Shown here in pieces: positions 1 to 12,400 of a DNA stretch of 64,000 bases. The stretch spans positions 1,364,001 through 1,428,000 of the forward strand of contig JAUFOQ010000016.1 of the NCBI GenBank assembly GCA_040285855.1. The letters are read 5' to 3'. Both the position numbers and the translations under genes were made by a program. This stretch comes from Eukaryota sp. GEM-RC1. Lineage: Eukaryota. Numbering within the stretch: position 1 is the stretch's first letter; every line of letters begins with the position of its first letter. Below the pieces are notes generated by a model, which was not told the DNA's origin, ran no database searches, and saw nothing but the letters and a program-made list of their open reading frames with translations.

Positions 1-481
1 GAGTGAGCTGTACATGGGTAAATTTATCAGAGGAGGAAGTACAGTAGGGACACGTTTTAGACGCTTTAACACTACGAGACTTTTTGCAGGGTGGCGGCGG
101 TACATCACAACAACACGTTGATACCAATCGTTTTGTGGAGGTAGTACATGTCAGAGCTTGTGGAGACTCAACAGAGTGGTGGGGAACGATGCATGTATGT
201 GATATTGCCTGCTGGAGTGGGAGAATAGAAGCACAAAACAGGCAGCGGAAGACAAATACATCAGAGGCGACGAAAGTGCGTTCTTGTTGAGAGGAAGACC
301 AACACTCAAAAAGATGATGTAGAAAAGTGATAACAGAATGGTGTGAAAAGGCACAAAAGAAACACGAGAATGAATCCAAGACAAGATGGTGAGCTGTTAG
401 TGGTACATGGGTGAGAAGGTGTTGAGCAAGGCCATTGATGTCATCAACTGTGATGGGGCAGAAAAAGCACGGGGATGTCAT
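1..481 (-). CDS. 5' part of a multi-zinc-finger protein, truncated by the window edge (candidate element transposase or regulator)
   Basis: Not in the ORF track. ATG at 481 opens 160 stop-free codons to position 1: MTSPCFFCPITVDDINGLAQHLLTH...CFFCAFSHHSVITFLHHLFEC...CLFCASILPLQQAISHTC...CPYC. Repeated CxxC-x12-HxxxH/C spacing. Confidence 0.65.
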   Translation of the reverse strand, partial: MTSPCFFCPITVDDINGLAQHLLTHVPLTAHHLVLDSFSCFFCAFSHHSVITFLHHLFECWSSSQQERTFVASDVFVFRCLFCASILPLQQAISHTCIVPHHSVESPQALTCTTSTKRLVSTCCCDVPPPPCKKSRSVKASKTCPYCTSSSDKFTHVQLT

Positions 482-1439
482 TACGGGGGTGTTGCCTGGG
501 TGAAAAGTAATCACAATTGTACATCATTCAGCTTCAAGTCATTTTGGTTCAGAACCGGTTATTACGGTTCCCAAAACTGGCGGTTCAGGTTGCTGAAAAC
601 AATGAATGAATGAATGAGCATTGATTTGTTTTAATCTATTGTCCTCCACATTTTACATGAGTGATTATAAACCATCGACATGCTACATTCACTGACATTG
701 TAGATGACAAATGTTGTGGATACTTTCCATTTCTATGTTTGTCGGTTGAAGACGAAACAGACTATATAGTTTTGGAAATAGTACTGTAGTGCACTCAAAT
801 CCAATAGTAAATCAATTGTTTTAACTGTTCTCAAACACTTAAAACAATTGACTGAAGAATGCAATTTCTTCTTAGAACACTACATTTCATTTCTAACTTG
901 ATGTAGCCCGGTTGCGAAGATATAAGTGTTTAGGTACCGAAAATAGTATCATTCCTACCACAGAGAACTGCGAAAACAATTGAAAAGTACTAAGACTAAA
1001 TCCAAACGACTTCATCCATATCCGAGAAGGGCCTACGTTTTTGGACTTTAAATTCAAAAATTGTAAAGTTTATCAACTAAACCCGAAAAATGGAAAACAA
1101 TTTACTGTGTTTCCATTCACTCATTCTAAACTTACGCTACTGTTCTTTACATTGTTCTTCAAATGCTTGAACAACTATTCACCTGCAGTACTTATCGACC
1201 CGAAATAAGAAACAGAAAAAGGTTGAAACACAAATTTGTAGTGTGTAGTTCGTTAAATTATGACATATATTCATCTTCATTAAACAAATTTAGAATATCA
1301 ATTCCGATGTAGTTCTTCAACTTTGGAGTCATTCTTGGAATAAGAACTGAACTGTATTAGCACTTGTCTGCCAAGCAGCAGTCGTTTCCCATCTGGTTGT
1401 TTCGAATTTAGTTTATGAACAGTTTTGGTTTCTGTACAT

Positions 1440-1734
1440 GACTCTTGGCTATCTTGTTGTTTTGGATTGTGTGTATTTCTGAGTCTGCTACCGCCCAGAC
1501 TGATACTGATCGATTTGTTCACACAGTGAACTATTTTAATCTGTAATATTCACAAAGGAAATGATTCCGCATCTCATCATACAATGATTTTAGAAGTCAA
1601 TTTTATTGTTATTTACCACTGTGAATTTCATTCCAAATGCATAAGGGCATAACCCTTCACATTTTCATGAGATAACCCACAGTTGACAAAGTCCTCATTC
1701 GCAAAGTCTTTTAAGACGAGCTAACTTCATAGAT
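1440..1734 (-). ncRNA. Candidate Fanzor omega-RNA scaffold (boundaries uncertain)
   Basis: Directly 3' of the Fanzor ORF. Long imperfect hairpin at 1683->1618 (ACUGUGGGUU/AAUUCACAGU, UCAU/AUGA, AAAUGU/GCAUUU, AAGGG/CCCUU) whose G-U pairs form only on the minus strand. Further hairpins GUUCAC-ugu-GUGAAC (~1517-1531) and AGUCUG...CAGACU (~1482-1501). Confidence 0.35.
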
Positions 1735-4700
1735 TCAAGATTCCTGATCTTTCTGGTTTACGTGTGAGTCCTTGGGTACATCTTTCTTAGGCTTATTTGG
1801 ACAAGTTGCTCTGTTATGCCCAGGTTGAAAACATATACCACACTTGTTAGGACCTCTGACTTTTGTTAGAGGACGCTTTGCTTTACCCTTACCCTTACTC
1901 ACAGTCTTTTTCTTTTGGAATCTGATCTGTATTCCCGCCATCCACGACAGGTGTTGTTTGAGATTTTGGTCTCTCGAGGATGGCAGGTCTACCTTGACCT
2001 TGAATGGTTCCATTTACAATATTGTAAATATTGATAGCAGAATTGAAGTCTCTATTCCAGAGGACATGACATTTAGCACATTCAACTAAGCCCCATGGTG
2101 AGACTTTGTTGTTCTTCAATCTTTCTTTCGAAAATGTCAACTGGTCAGTCCATTCATCATCAAAGTTACGCTGCACAATATTGTCTAATTGATTGTGTTC
2201 CATAATTTCCTTTTTAATTCTTTCTCTTCCTTCTGTAACTTCTTCTTCCAATGAGGATCAGTGACTTTTATCCTTTCAGGATTGGAACAGATACCTTCGT
2301 CGTTTCTGGAAACACATGCAGAGCAACATTTGCTGGTCTTAAATTCATCAACTAGGAACACTTTTAATCCAAATTTTCTTAATAATTTCCGAATTGAAGC
2401 ACCTTTTACAGTAGATGCTTTACCTCTTCTTCGACGAAAAGCAGTGTCGTTCCAGTCTCCATACCCAACAACGACTTCATCTGGGTTTCCAAACTGTAGA
2501 GCAAATCTGTGAAGCATGTTTTTCTCACTTCGTTCCTTTCTTGAATACTGTGTGAGACGATTCCTCCTAAACCACTTTTCTTCGTAAATTCCTTCTGTAG
2601 TTCTTTGATCAGTAGTGGGTGATCGTAATAAAGAACAGGTAATTTCTTTACCAAGAACAAAAGCAGAATACTGAGTCAAATCACAAGATTTACTACCTGG
2701 CGAGTTAGAGCCCCATTGATCTAAAATTTGTTGCCCATTTATGTCAATGCGTCTGCCATCTGGAATGTGAATAAATTGGGTAGAGTATTGTTGTAACCGT
2801 TCAGATTCAGATAAACGGTGGAGATTATATCGTCTTATTTTCTTCTCCAGCTTCCTCTTCTTTCTCTTAGCTCTTTTTCTTTCCGTCCTTGTTTTTTTCT
2901 TTTCCATGGAGACTTTTTAATATCTGCCTTGCGCTCCCCAGCAGTGTATCTGAATACTTTCCAATCGTCACGATTTTTTAACTTGACAGTTGATGGTTTG
3001 TCAATAGTGGGTGCGTCTTTCCAATCCTTCAATTCCTTTTTCAATTTTTTCAAGCTTCCTTTTTTCTTTGATGATTTTGGAGAAATCTTTCTTCTTCTGA
3101 GATTGGCTGATGTATCGAAACCTTCGATGTTCTTTTCCTCCTCAGATTTTAAAGAAGCACAATACATCAAATCATGCTGATTAGGATCAATAGCAACAAT
3201 TCTTTTGGATTTCAAATTTAAGTTTTGAATTTCTGTGGAACTCAAAGAATCAATGTACCTTTCAGTAGCTGTGTAGTCAACTGCTTTCACCTTCTTATGA
3301 GGATTTCCTCTCCCATCAAGCAGATCTTTCCGCATCATCATTAAATTACAGCTAACTCCATCTGTAGAAATAGAACTGTATTTGAAGTCATGAGACAATG
3401 ACTTTGGAAGACACTTTGGTTTCAAAACTGAGTGCCAAATATCTTTTCGAACGTCATCAAAGCTACCTTTCATTTCTGATGCATAAACTTCTTTAAACCA
3501 TGTAGTATCCAATCTGATATGATTAGGAATCAGTGATTTTGTTAGAGGAAAAGGATTATTGGCAGTAACACCAGGACAAGAGTCCTCAACAAGACGTTTC
3601 AAAAACACTGCATGACTTAAGAATTTCAAAGGATCTACTTTTTCAGCATAATAGATTGTTTTCTCCATTTTACCTTCAAAAAAAGTAAACAAATAATTAA
3701 AAAATAGTAAACTCAGTCTAGAATTGGGATCAGGAAACACTTCAACATCTTGAAAATTAATTTTTGAAATTTCCCCATTAATGATCAACTGTCTGACTTC
3801 ATTAAGCTTTGTACACAACTCTTGTCGTAGATTCTTATCAGTAAGCTTGTTAAGTCTATCTTTTTCAGGGTAACCAAATTAAATACTTGAAAAACATATT
3901 CATGAAAGTGATCACTCATGTTAGTCTTGTAATTCGTTATAATTTCAGTAGCCATGTAATGCAATATACGAGATAAACGATGACTACTGGGAAACACAAT
4001 CCTATCAAGTCCAACAGATCGAGCAGCTATTTCTAAACGAGGAATATAATACATCAAGAAGTGTTGAGCAAACTGATTTTGAGTTGAGCCATCATTTGTG
4101 TTAGAAATTATGTTTGTTAACGATTCTTGCACAGTCTCAATATGATTCTGATTGTTTACAAGTTTGTTGTCCCTAATCGTCATCATAGACAACACTTGTT
4201 CCATTGATTTCAACGTAAAAAAATTCTTCCAGTCTGGCAATTCAATTTTGGTAGTTTGAATTTTAGTCCAAAGGTCAGGTTCACCACTCGCATCTTCAAT
4301 ATTTTCTAATTTAACAGGAGGAGCAGTATCATCGATAGACTCTGAATGTACATCTGTTTCTTCATCAGTTGACTCATCTGTATCAGAATTCATTTTTCCC
4401 TTAACAGTTACATTTGGAACAGTAGCAGGCAGTAACTTCTGAATGTAACCTATAATACCTGAATGGTGAAAATTATGAACAAAAAATGTTTCAAAAAGAG
4501 AGTACTACGGACTCTTACTTGGTGAGCTCTCTTAACACGAGATTCAATAAATTTAACCTTCGCTTTGGATACAACATTGTCCAGTCGTTTCTTAACCACT
4601 TTCATTGGTGACTTTGAACGTAATGTTTGCTTTTTGGGATCCAATAGGTCAGCCAACAAGTATTCAATCAGAGGTAATTGTTGAATTGAGTTCATCAACA

Positions 4701-7163
4701 ATAGCGGTCTTGTCGATTCCTTGGCCCAAAGTTCATTTACTTTCTCCAAATTTTTTACAAATTTCTTTTTAATCTTATCGACCTTCACTTTGGGATTGTC
4801 TGGAACTAAAACATTAATACTGTCAATTATGCCATGCAAGTTTTGGACATCATTGACCAATTGAACTTCATCAGGATCAGAGTCATGATTAAGTTCTTCC
4901 AAGCGTTTGACAGTTTCATTTTTAGAAAAATTATTCATTTCAAGAAAAATTTGAACAACATTTTCCAAAAAACGGCCACCAGTAAAGACATAAAAATTCT
5001 TCAGTACAGCATTCAAATCAAGACTAAAAAACGGACCAAAAGTTGTTTCCTTACACCATTTGTTGAACCAAAAGGGAATGTAGGGTTTAAATTCTGGAAC
5101 AGTAAACGTTGTATTGATTTTGAGGACTTGACAACGTGATACAAGAAAGGGAAATGTATCTAAGTGAAAGTCATAACTCACAAACAATCGTGGACAATGT
5201 TGAGTAATGAAGGAAATGAAGTTTTTAAGCATACTGGATTCACTATCTGAAATATGTAAAGTACACAAATCCAAGTTTGTAGTATCAAAATTGCCATGAG
5301 AAAATAAATGCTTTTCATTAAACTCATTGTGATCAATGATCTGGATGGAAATTGATACAATCGGATCAACAGAAGAATCACGTTTAACTTCTAATTGATC
5401 TTCAGCTTCACCTTCAACAGTTTCAATGTAATCATCATCTTCTTGAACAAGTTGAACATTTCTGCCAATAATTCTTTCTTTTTGGCAAAATCACTTTGAA
5501 CATGAATTAAACAAAAAGTTGGTAGATTGTTCCAAAGTAGAGGGGATTTAAGAAAGTCTTGAATTTGTATTTCTTCTTCTATAGGCTCAGTGTGTAGATT
5601 TACTTCCATTTTTTGGATTTCTTCTTGAATTGGCGATGGATACGACATAATGGAGGCCTGTGATTTTGGTGGTAGTTCAGATGGTGGTACTTCAGATGGT
5701 GATGGAGGCAATTCAGATGGTGGTACTTCAGATGATTCCAATGTGGACATACGGCGGTGAGTCTTTCGTATTGGAGTGTCACCAGTTGAAACAAGGGAGC
5801 TGGTAGTTCTAAATTTATTTCGTTGAATTAAAGGTGAACCTCGTGGTGATGGAATATCAGAAATTTTGGGCTTACTTTTTTTAGTGCTTAAACCAGTAGA
5901 TGCTTTAGTACTAGCAAGACGTGAACCTGTGAGAGGAATTGAAGTGGTTGGATGTTCTTTACCGGCAGGAGGTTGAATGGGTAACGATGGTACAATAGGA
6001 GCTACTGTGGTTTGACGTTGTTGTAGATAAAGTGTCCTTTGTTGAGACAATACATCCCGAATTTTTTCACGAAATATGTCTGCTTGAAGTTCATTGTTCA
6101 CTTGGACCAAATAAGTTTCCAAATACATCAGAGACGGAACATACGTGAGTCTTTTAAAAAGTTCAACATATTTTTGAATATACGCAATGACATAAACTCC
6201 ACAGTCGTTAGCAGACTGTGTTTTAGTCACAGGCACATAACGGAAAACATACCCCAATGGCACAAGTACTTCGGATAATATGTCGACAGCTGATTTTACC
6301 ATAGACTTACTCATATCTTCGCTAGTTAACATTGGATCAATGAAGATCCAAGAATTTTCACAACAGTCTATAATGGCTAAACCCCAATGAGAACCAGTGA
6401 CACCTTCTCTGGAATAATTAGCATTTCTAGTCATGGTATCACTAAGGGGAACAAAGAGGTATTTGGAGTTTATGATTTGATTTTTCTCAATTTTCGTCAA
6501 CAACCATTGATCTAGCGGGGCATCTGGTGAAACAATATATTGAAGCAATGTGGTCGGATGGATAAACATGCTTTCAAAGTCTAACTCTGCTTCTTGAAAT
6601 ATCACTTTACAGTACTCCACTATCGCTTCGTCATCAACCCATTGATGAGGATAAACTGAGTTTATGGCTTCTTGAGTTACGGGTCCTGGATTGGATTCAA
6701 TATCACCATCAGCGGTCAGGTCTTTTGGGAACGGAGGATGGGAAGGGATAACACATGAATAGAAGTAGAGTACATACAACAGCAGAGATGGAAGTGTTTT
6801 CACAACATAGAAAAAGCTATCCATATATCGACTCAACGGAGATAGAATCCAAGCAGGGGATTCCGCCTCATATTGGGTCAAATACAAACAACAAGGTGGC
6901 AGCATGACATCAACGGGAGAGGAGAAAAAGCTATCCATATATCGACTCAACGGAGATAGAATCCAAGCAGGGGATTCCGCCTCATATTGGGTCAAATACA
7001 AACAACAAGGTGGCAGCATGACATCAACGGGAGAGGAGAAAAAGCTATCCATATATCGACTCAACGGAGATAGAATCCAAGCAGGGGATTCCGCCTCATA
7101 TTGGGTCAAAAGAGGAGTCTTGTACGGAACAGAGTGTCTGTTAGAATGTAAAACAACCAACAT
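1735..7163 (-). CDS. Polyprotein: repeat leader / 2A / SENP8-Ulp1 protease / PolB-exonuclease-like domain / Fanzor1 nuclease / CCHC knuckle (reconstructed across 6 frameshifts, ~1,800 aa)
   Basis: Joins ORFs 5391-7163, 4450-5274, 3785-4393, 2835-3818, 2185-2907, 1895-2251 and 1735-2013. Five junctions are repaired by one extra base in an A/T run, the last by two. Fanzor1 motifs: ILHYMATEIITNY, FPLTKSLIPNHIRLDTT, ISTDGVSC, IVAIDPN (RuvC-I D), FRYT, GYGDW, VDEFKTSKCCSAC (E), CAKC..WNRDFNSAINI (RuvC-III D), GRPAIL. Protease: WVDDEAI, GSHWGL, FIDP, QSANDCGVY. Confidence 0.85.
6681..6725 (-). other. 2A (StopGo) ribosome-skipping peptide
   Basis: KDLTADGDIESNPG|P matches D[V/I]ExNPG|P, in frame, immediately before the protease domain. 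Confidence 0.9.
6809..7110. repeat. 114-bp coding tandem repeat, ~2.6 identical copies (38-aa unit)
   Basis: GAAAAAGCTATCCATATATCGACTC recurs at 6810, 6924 and 7038. Unit LTQYEAESPAWILSPLSRYMDSFFSSPVDVMLPPCCLY. Confidence 0.95.
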
Positions 7164-7458
7164 TTGTGGAGAGAGGAAAATGAAATGTTTCAGTCATCCC
7201 TGTAGTCTAGACTACAGTACAATTCTACTATCACTTGTAGTCAGTAGAGTGTCAAAACATCAAAACAACTCTTATGTTATACCATCATCCGTTACCATTA
7301 GTGATTACTTAAGACGTCTTTAAGACTGTCAATCGTATAACCAAACTCATTGACTTAGTTCTCTTCTGAATTCATTTGCTATAAAGCCATGTATAGTCGT
7401 AGACGAGAAGAAAATGAATTAATTCCAATAAGTAATGAAGTAATGAATGTAAATTCAC
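7164..7458. promoter_or_regulatory. Divergent intergenic region with palindromes
   Basis: Lies between head-to-head ORFs. Perfect 16-bp palindrome TGTAGTCTAGACTACA at 7201-7216 and AAGACGTCTT at 7311-7320. Confidence 0.35.
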
Positions 7459-8981
7459 ATGTCTGGAACGAAATCTGTAATAAAGTCTATACCAGAATTT
7501 CCCATGTCCTACTCAATCTTCAAACTCAGAACCACTTCTAAACAAGAAAGTCGTTCCCGTACCATCAAAACATATATGAAACTTGTTGTAAAGCTTGCTG
7601 ATAAGTATGCAGTTAACTTGTCACTTGTTCTTCTTCCTTATGGAACATACAATTCTTGGAGAACTAAATCTATCCACATAACGGAAGTCTCAACCTCTGA
7701 CTTACCAGATGATCTCAAAAAAGGTACCATGGATTTTTGCCTCAACTACAAATCAGCCGTTGCCATTGTGCTAGATGTTGATCTAGAAACTGTTCATCTC
7801 TTTCCTTTTGATGGTTCTTATGAGAAGCGTGACATATCTCTTCCACTTCCTTCAACAACTTCAACTCTAAATCATCTTAAGGATCTACTCAAAGACGTTA
7901 AACGAGTTACAATTGCTCCTCCTCCTCCTCCTCCTCAGTCTCAATCTCCTAATCTTTTACATGATTGTGACATTACTCGCATTGACGATACTCCATCTCA
8001 AGTCGTTTTTCCTTCACCAAAACGTCGTATTGATAACTTCGCAATCAATCATATTCATTCTATTTTCTCTGAACCATCTGAAATAGTTCCTGTTCCGGTC
8101 ATTGATAATGCTAATTTATCTAAACCTATGAAACGCAAAAAACAACGTAACCCGTTGATTCTTTATGTAGATTTAATCAGTGATCAGTTTTACATAAATT
8201 CAAAATTAAAATCTGGATTTTGTGATATTGAAAAAATGTTGACAAAGGATGATAGAGAAGGTAAAACACAACTCTTGTTGAGTTCTGAACTTGATTTCAT
8301 TGTGATGCTTGCATTCCAAAAAATTAAATCAAGTAGGTACAAGTTCCTGCAATCTCAAGAAACTCAACAGTTGGTAGGTGATCCAATATGCTATGCCTTA
8401 CATTCTGGTAAGGCTATTGTCGATACACTAAAATCAGGAAAAGAATTCTTGCCCCATTATGTTTGGTGAAAGAACATGTTCCTGGTGATGCAGGATCTGG
8501 TCATTGGATTCTTATTGAATTGTTTCTAAATGAAGCAAATGTTTTATTATTCAATATTTATGATTCTTTGGATTATTCATTAACCACTGAATTAATCGTT
8601 AATCCTTTTAGAACTGTTTATGGATGTGGGGAAACAAATCTGTTTGCAAGATTACCAGAGTATAAGGTGGACTACTATATACCTTTTGAACAGTCAACAT
8701 CGTCTCTTATCTGTGGATGGATTGTCTGTTTGAATGTTACTTTAATTTTACAAGGATTAATGGTTGATGCACGTCAGGAACAAAATCAGACAAAATTATA
8801 CACTAACAGATCAAGAAAAAATCTATGTCTTGTTATGTATGATCTACTTCAGAGTGTACAACCTGACTTGGTGACAGAACAAAATGTAATTGATTGTTCA
8901 AGAACAAAATTTGAAAACAAATCGTTAAAGACAAAAGACGAAAATGAAGTTTTAGGGAAAAAACAGGAAAACGAAGAATGA
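7459..8981 (+). CDS. Protein with C-terminal Ulp1/C48-like cysteine protease domain (one frameshift near 8440)
   Basis: Adding one A at GGAAAAGAATT gives GKRILAPLCLVKEH...SGHWILIEL...IYDSL...EQSTSSLICGW, the H-D-Q-C catalytic pattern. Confidence 0.7.
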
Positions 8982-9450
8982 AAACAACTGCAAGTGCTTT
9001 TGGAATCAAAAAGACTTTAAAAAAAATGAATTGATAGTGATAGAGAATAAATAGTACAATATAGATGTATTTATAATTTTGTATAACATATAAGAATAAC
9101 ACATCAAATAAACAATATTTGTACAATATTACAATGTTCAATGAAATGTGTCAGACGTAGTCTAAATATCAATGTTTTGTTACATAGTTATTACATACAG
9201 AACAATCCGTGAATTTCATCCACCTGAAATCTGACAGAAATTTGTTACAGATTTAGTATGTCAGAAAATGTGACATATAAAACCAGACCAATTTGTTACA
9301 TATTCAGTGTCGATGTGGTAGCATAGTTTATGTGAAAAATCATGGTATAAATTATAAATTTAGACCAGAAAAAGATAAATAAAGATAAATTGTAATAAAG
9401 TATATTGTTCTACATAATAAAAAACATCAATGAAGTATTAAAAGACTACA

Positions 9451-12400
9451 TCAATTCAGGTGTTGGCAATCCTGAGGGTCCAAAGAAGTTTTTTTGCAAA
9501 TTTTGCTTTTGTCTTTATCACTGATAGAATCGTAAAAGATTACGATTTTTTGATTTTGTTCATACAATTTGGCAACAAGTTTGGCATCACTTGGTAGATC
9601 AAAGATTATACAAAGATCAGCCTGAACAGAATGGTTAACCGCTAATTGAGTAGTACTAATCATTATAACAGACTTATCATCCTTCTTGAATTGACTGAGA
9701 CTGTAATCCTTGGAACGTTTACTTTGTTTCCCGGTCAGTTCAACCACGGTAAAAGGAACTGACTGATCACGTCTGAGATTTTGATATAATTTCGGTGAAT
9801 TTACATCAGTTGTAATTAGCACCTTTTGCAGAGACTTGACAGAGACTTGACTTAACAAATGCTTGACATAGCTGATATTCTCATCCACAGTTGAGACACA
9901 AATGATGAATTGCAGTTTTGGTGATGTATCAACGAGGACAAAAGCTTTGTCTTCATTCTCAGAAATCTCAACGACTGATTCAGAAATAGATTGAGACGGT
10001 TCTTGAGTCAACTGTGTATGAAAAGCACGTAGTTCAAGACATCGTTGTTCAAAAATTTGATTAATTTCTTTTGCATCACAGTGACGAACATCACGAACTT
10101 CTAAAAATGTACCAGAAATACACAGCACAGATAAAGCTGAAAGAATAAAAAGTGTGCCATCATTTTTCAGAATGATAAAAGAATCCAAATCATTACAAAA
10201 CTCAATTTTTTGTAATTGAACAGCTAAATCACCAAATGAACAGTCAATTATAAACTGTACTTGTTTCTGTGGCAGTTTCAAACCGAAACCAATACAAAAC
10301 CCTAATTCAGTTATGTACATTATTGTGTCATAACGTTGTACATAGACTGCATCAATAATTCTGTCAACGTGGTGACATGTACAAAGATCCTTTACTTTTG
10401 TATCAATCAGCTGCTTTTCATACAAATCTAGCTTTCGGATGGTAAATGTACCAACAATTAATATCAAATTGTCATAACGTCTTAATTTTTTGAACTGTTC
10501 TCCGCGTTCAATTGTTAAATCATCTAAATCTAACAATATTGAAAGAGAATCCCATTCTAGGTCTTTTTGTCAGTTTCTGTAACTGGAAATAACCGACAAT
10601 ATACAATTCGATATACAAATGAAAGAATTGGATGTACCAACCATGTCAATAACATTGGGGTCACTGCGATTTGGTGCACATGGCAATGCTTTTCGACCAG
10701 CTTTTCCAGATGGCTTCTTGTAATGTAGAAAAAATTTGGGACCTATAGAAGCTACCAGTACAGCATATCCACCCAATTGGCCATGAAGAGCAAACATTGT
10801 TAATTGATGTTCAAAGGGTTTGCAGAATTCTTCAACTCTTCCCGAGCTACGTTTAAAAAATTTGAGGACTTTACCATTGTTGTAGAAAACAAAATTTTTG
10901 CCAACAAACAACACGACAGGAGTAGGATCGAACTCCGTCACAGCCTCAACCTCCGTCACATGCTCAACGACACTGTTGTTGTCTGCCAAATCTAATGTTC
11001 CAATGTGGATTTTGAACTCTTGTTCAAATACAACATAGAACAAAGAACCTGAATTATGTACAAAATTCAGAATTTTACAACTTTGTCCCAAATATGTCGC
11101 AGAATAAGTATTGACCTTACAATTGGTATTAGTCCAAGACAATAAATCACTAACACATGGTTCTTCAGTAGCTTCAACAATCATTTGTTCAGTACCTTCA
11201 GCAATTTCAGTACCTTCAGCAATCATTTGTTCAGTACCTTCAGCAATCATTTGTTCAGTACCTTCAGCAATTTCAGTACCTTCAGCAATCATTTGTTCAG
11301 TACGAACTGTAATTTCAGAATTCAAAATAGAATTTAGATCAACAGATAGTATCCCACAGATTGGACACGAAGGATTAAAACACATCAACATGTTGCTTTC
11401 ATCTCTCAATTGAAATTTCAAAAGTTGAAAATGATTATGTCTTCTTTCGACAAAATCCACAGCAACTGATTGATCCTTAAATCTACTCAAATCAATACAA
11501 GCAATTCTTTGATAAAAAGCGGATAAATCAACTGAAGAAACAATTCCTTGTTCAGTCAAATATACCAGAATGCGTAATCTGTTGATACATCCAAAAGTTG
11601 ATTTAATAAATGATTCTTGATAAGACCAGAACACATGCCAGAGACGTTTAACTTGAAATATTCCATTAAGATCTAGCTCGTGACTTAATAAATATAATTG
11701 AAGATAATTGTTGTCAGAACAGTGATCTGGTCTACCGATCTTGACAACTGGTTTTTCAAATTCTAATTCTGATTCTGAATTAATATTGAAGTTCATTAAC
11801 CATATGATGAACAAATTAGTTGTGCACGGGATAAATGATAATAATTGGGGCAGCTTGTCTCCAACAAAAATTCCATTGTGGTAACTTGCAGTATCACTAG
11901 TAGGAGCTAGAACAGTAGGAAGAGGAAACAGTGTCTTGTTACAGTTGACTGTATAAAATTTCTCATAGTCAAGACGATTGTACTGAATTAAATCAGTACA
12001 TGGTTTTACAGCAACTTCAAATTGTAGCATAATAGTTTTTTTCTCACAACATTCAATGTGATCCCAATGATACAATTGACTATACATTTCCCAAAAAGAT
12101 TTGTCTTTAATAAATTCTGTTGCCTTATTCCATACAATCGTACGACCACTAAAGAATCTATTGTGGTCAAAGTACAATTTGATTTTGAACTTCTTAATTG
12201 AACTTACATTTCCACTACACTTGTGAATGAACAATTGATCTTGATACTCATCAGAAAATTCTGATGTAAATATTGCAGTGGAACTTTCATTGTCTTGTAA
12301 GTAGATACCAAAATTCGGAGTCTTACCCTGTTTTAACAACCCTTTAACAACAAACTGTTTACCAAACAACGTTTCAATAAATTTGTCAAAAGATTCTTTG

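Noticed and set aside
1735..4610. Bacterial IS200/IS605 TnpB, Cas12 or contamination
   Set aside because: GDW and VDE RuvC-II arrangement and N-terminal motifs are Fanzor1-type; no TnpA or cas genes; contiguous with eukaryotic genes.
6809..7110. Repeat array as a guide-RNA cassette for Fanzor
   Set aside because: Units are identical with no variable spacers and keep the reading frame of the polyprotein leader.
1735..7163. Fanzor locus as a decayed pseudogene
   Set aside because: All breaks fall at homopolymers, no in-frame stops remain in the reconstructed frame, catalytic residues are intact and host genes show the same breaks. Not fully excluded without reads.
10570..10572. Stop-codon reassignment or readthrough (in-frame TGA between helicase ORFs)
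   Set aside because: TGA and TAG end clear host genes (RPC25, NAXE; PK, SNF7), and nearby compensating indels explain this case.
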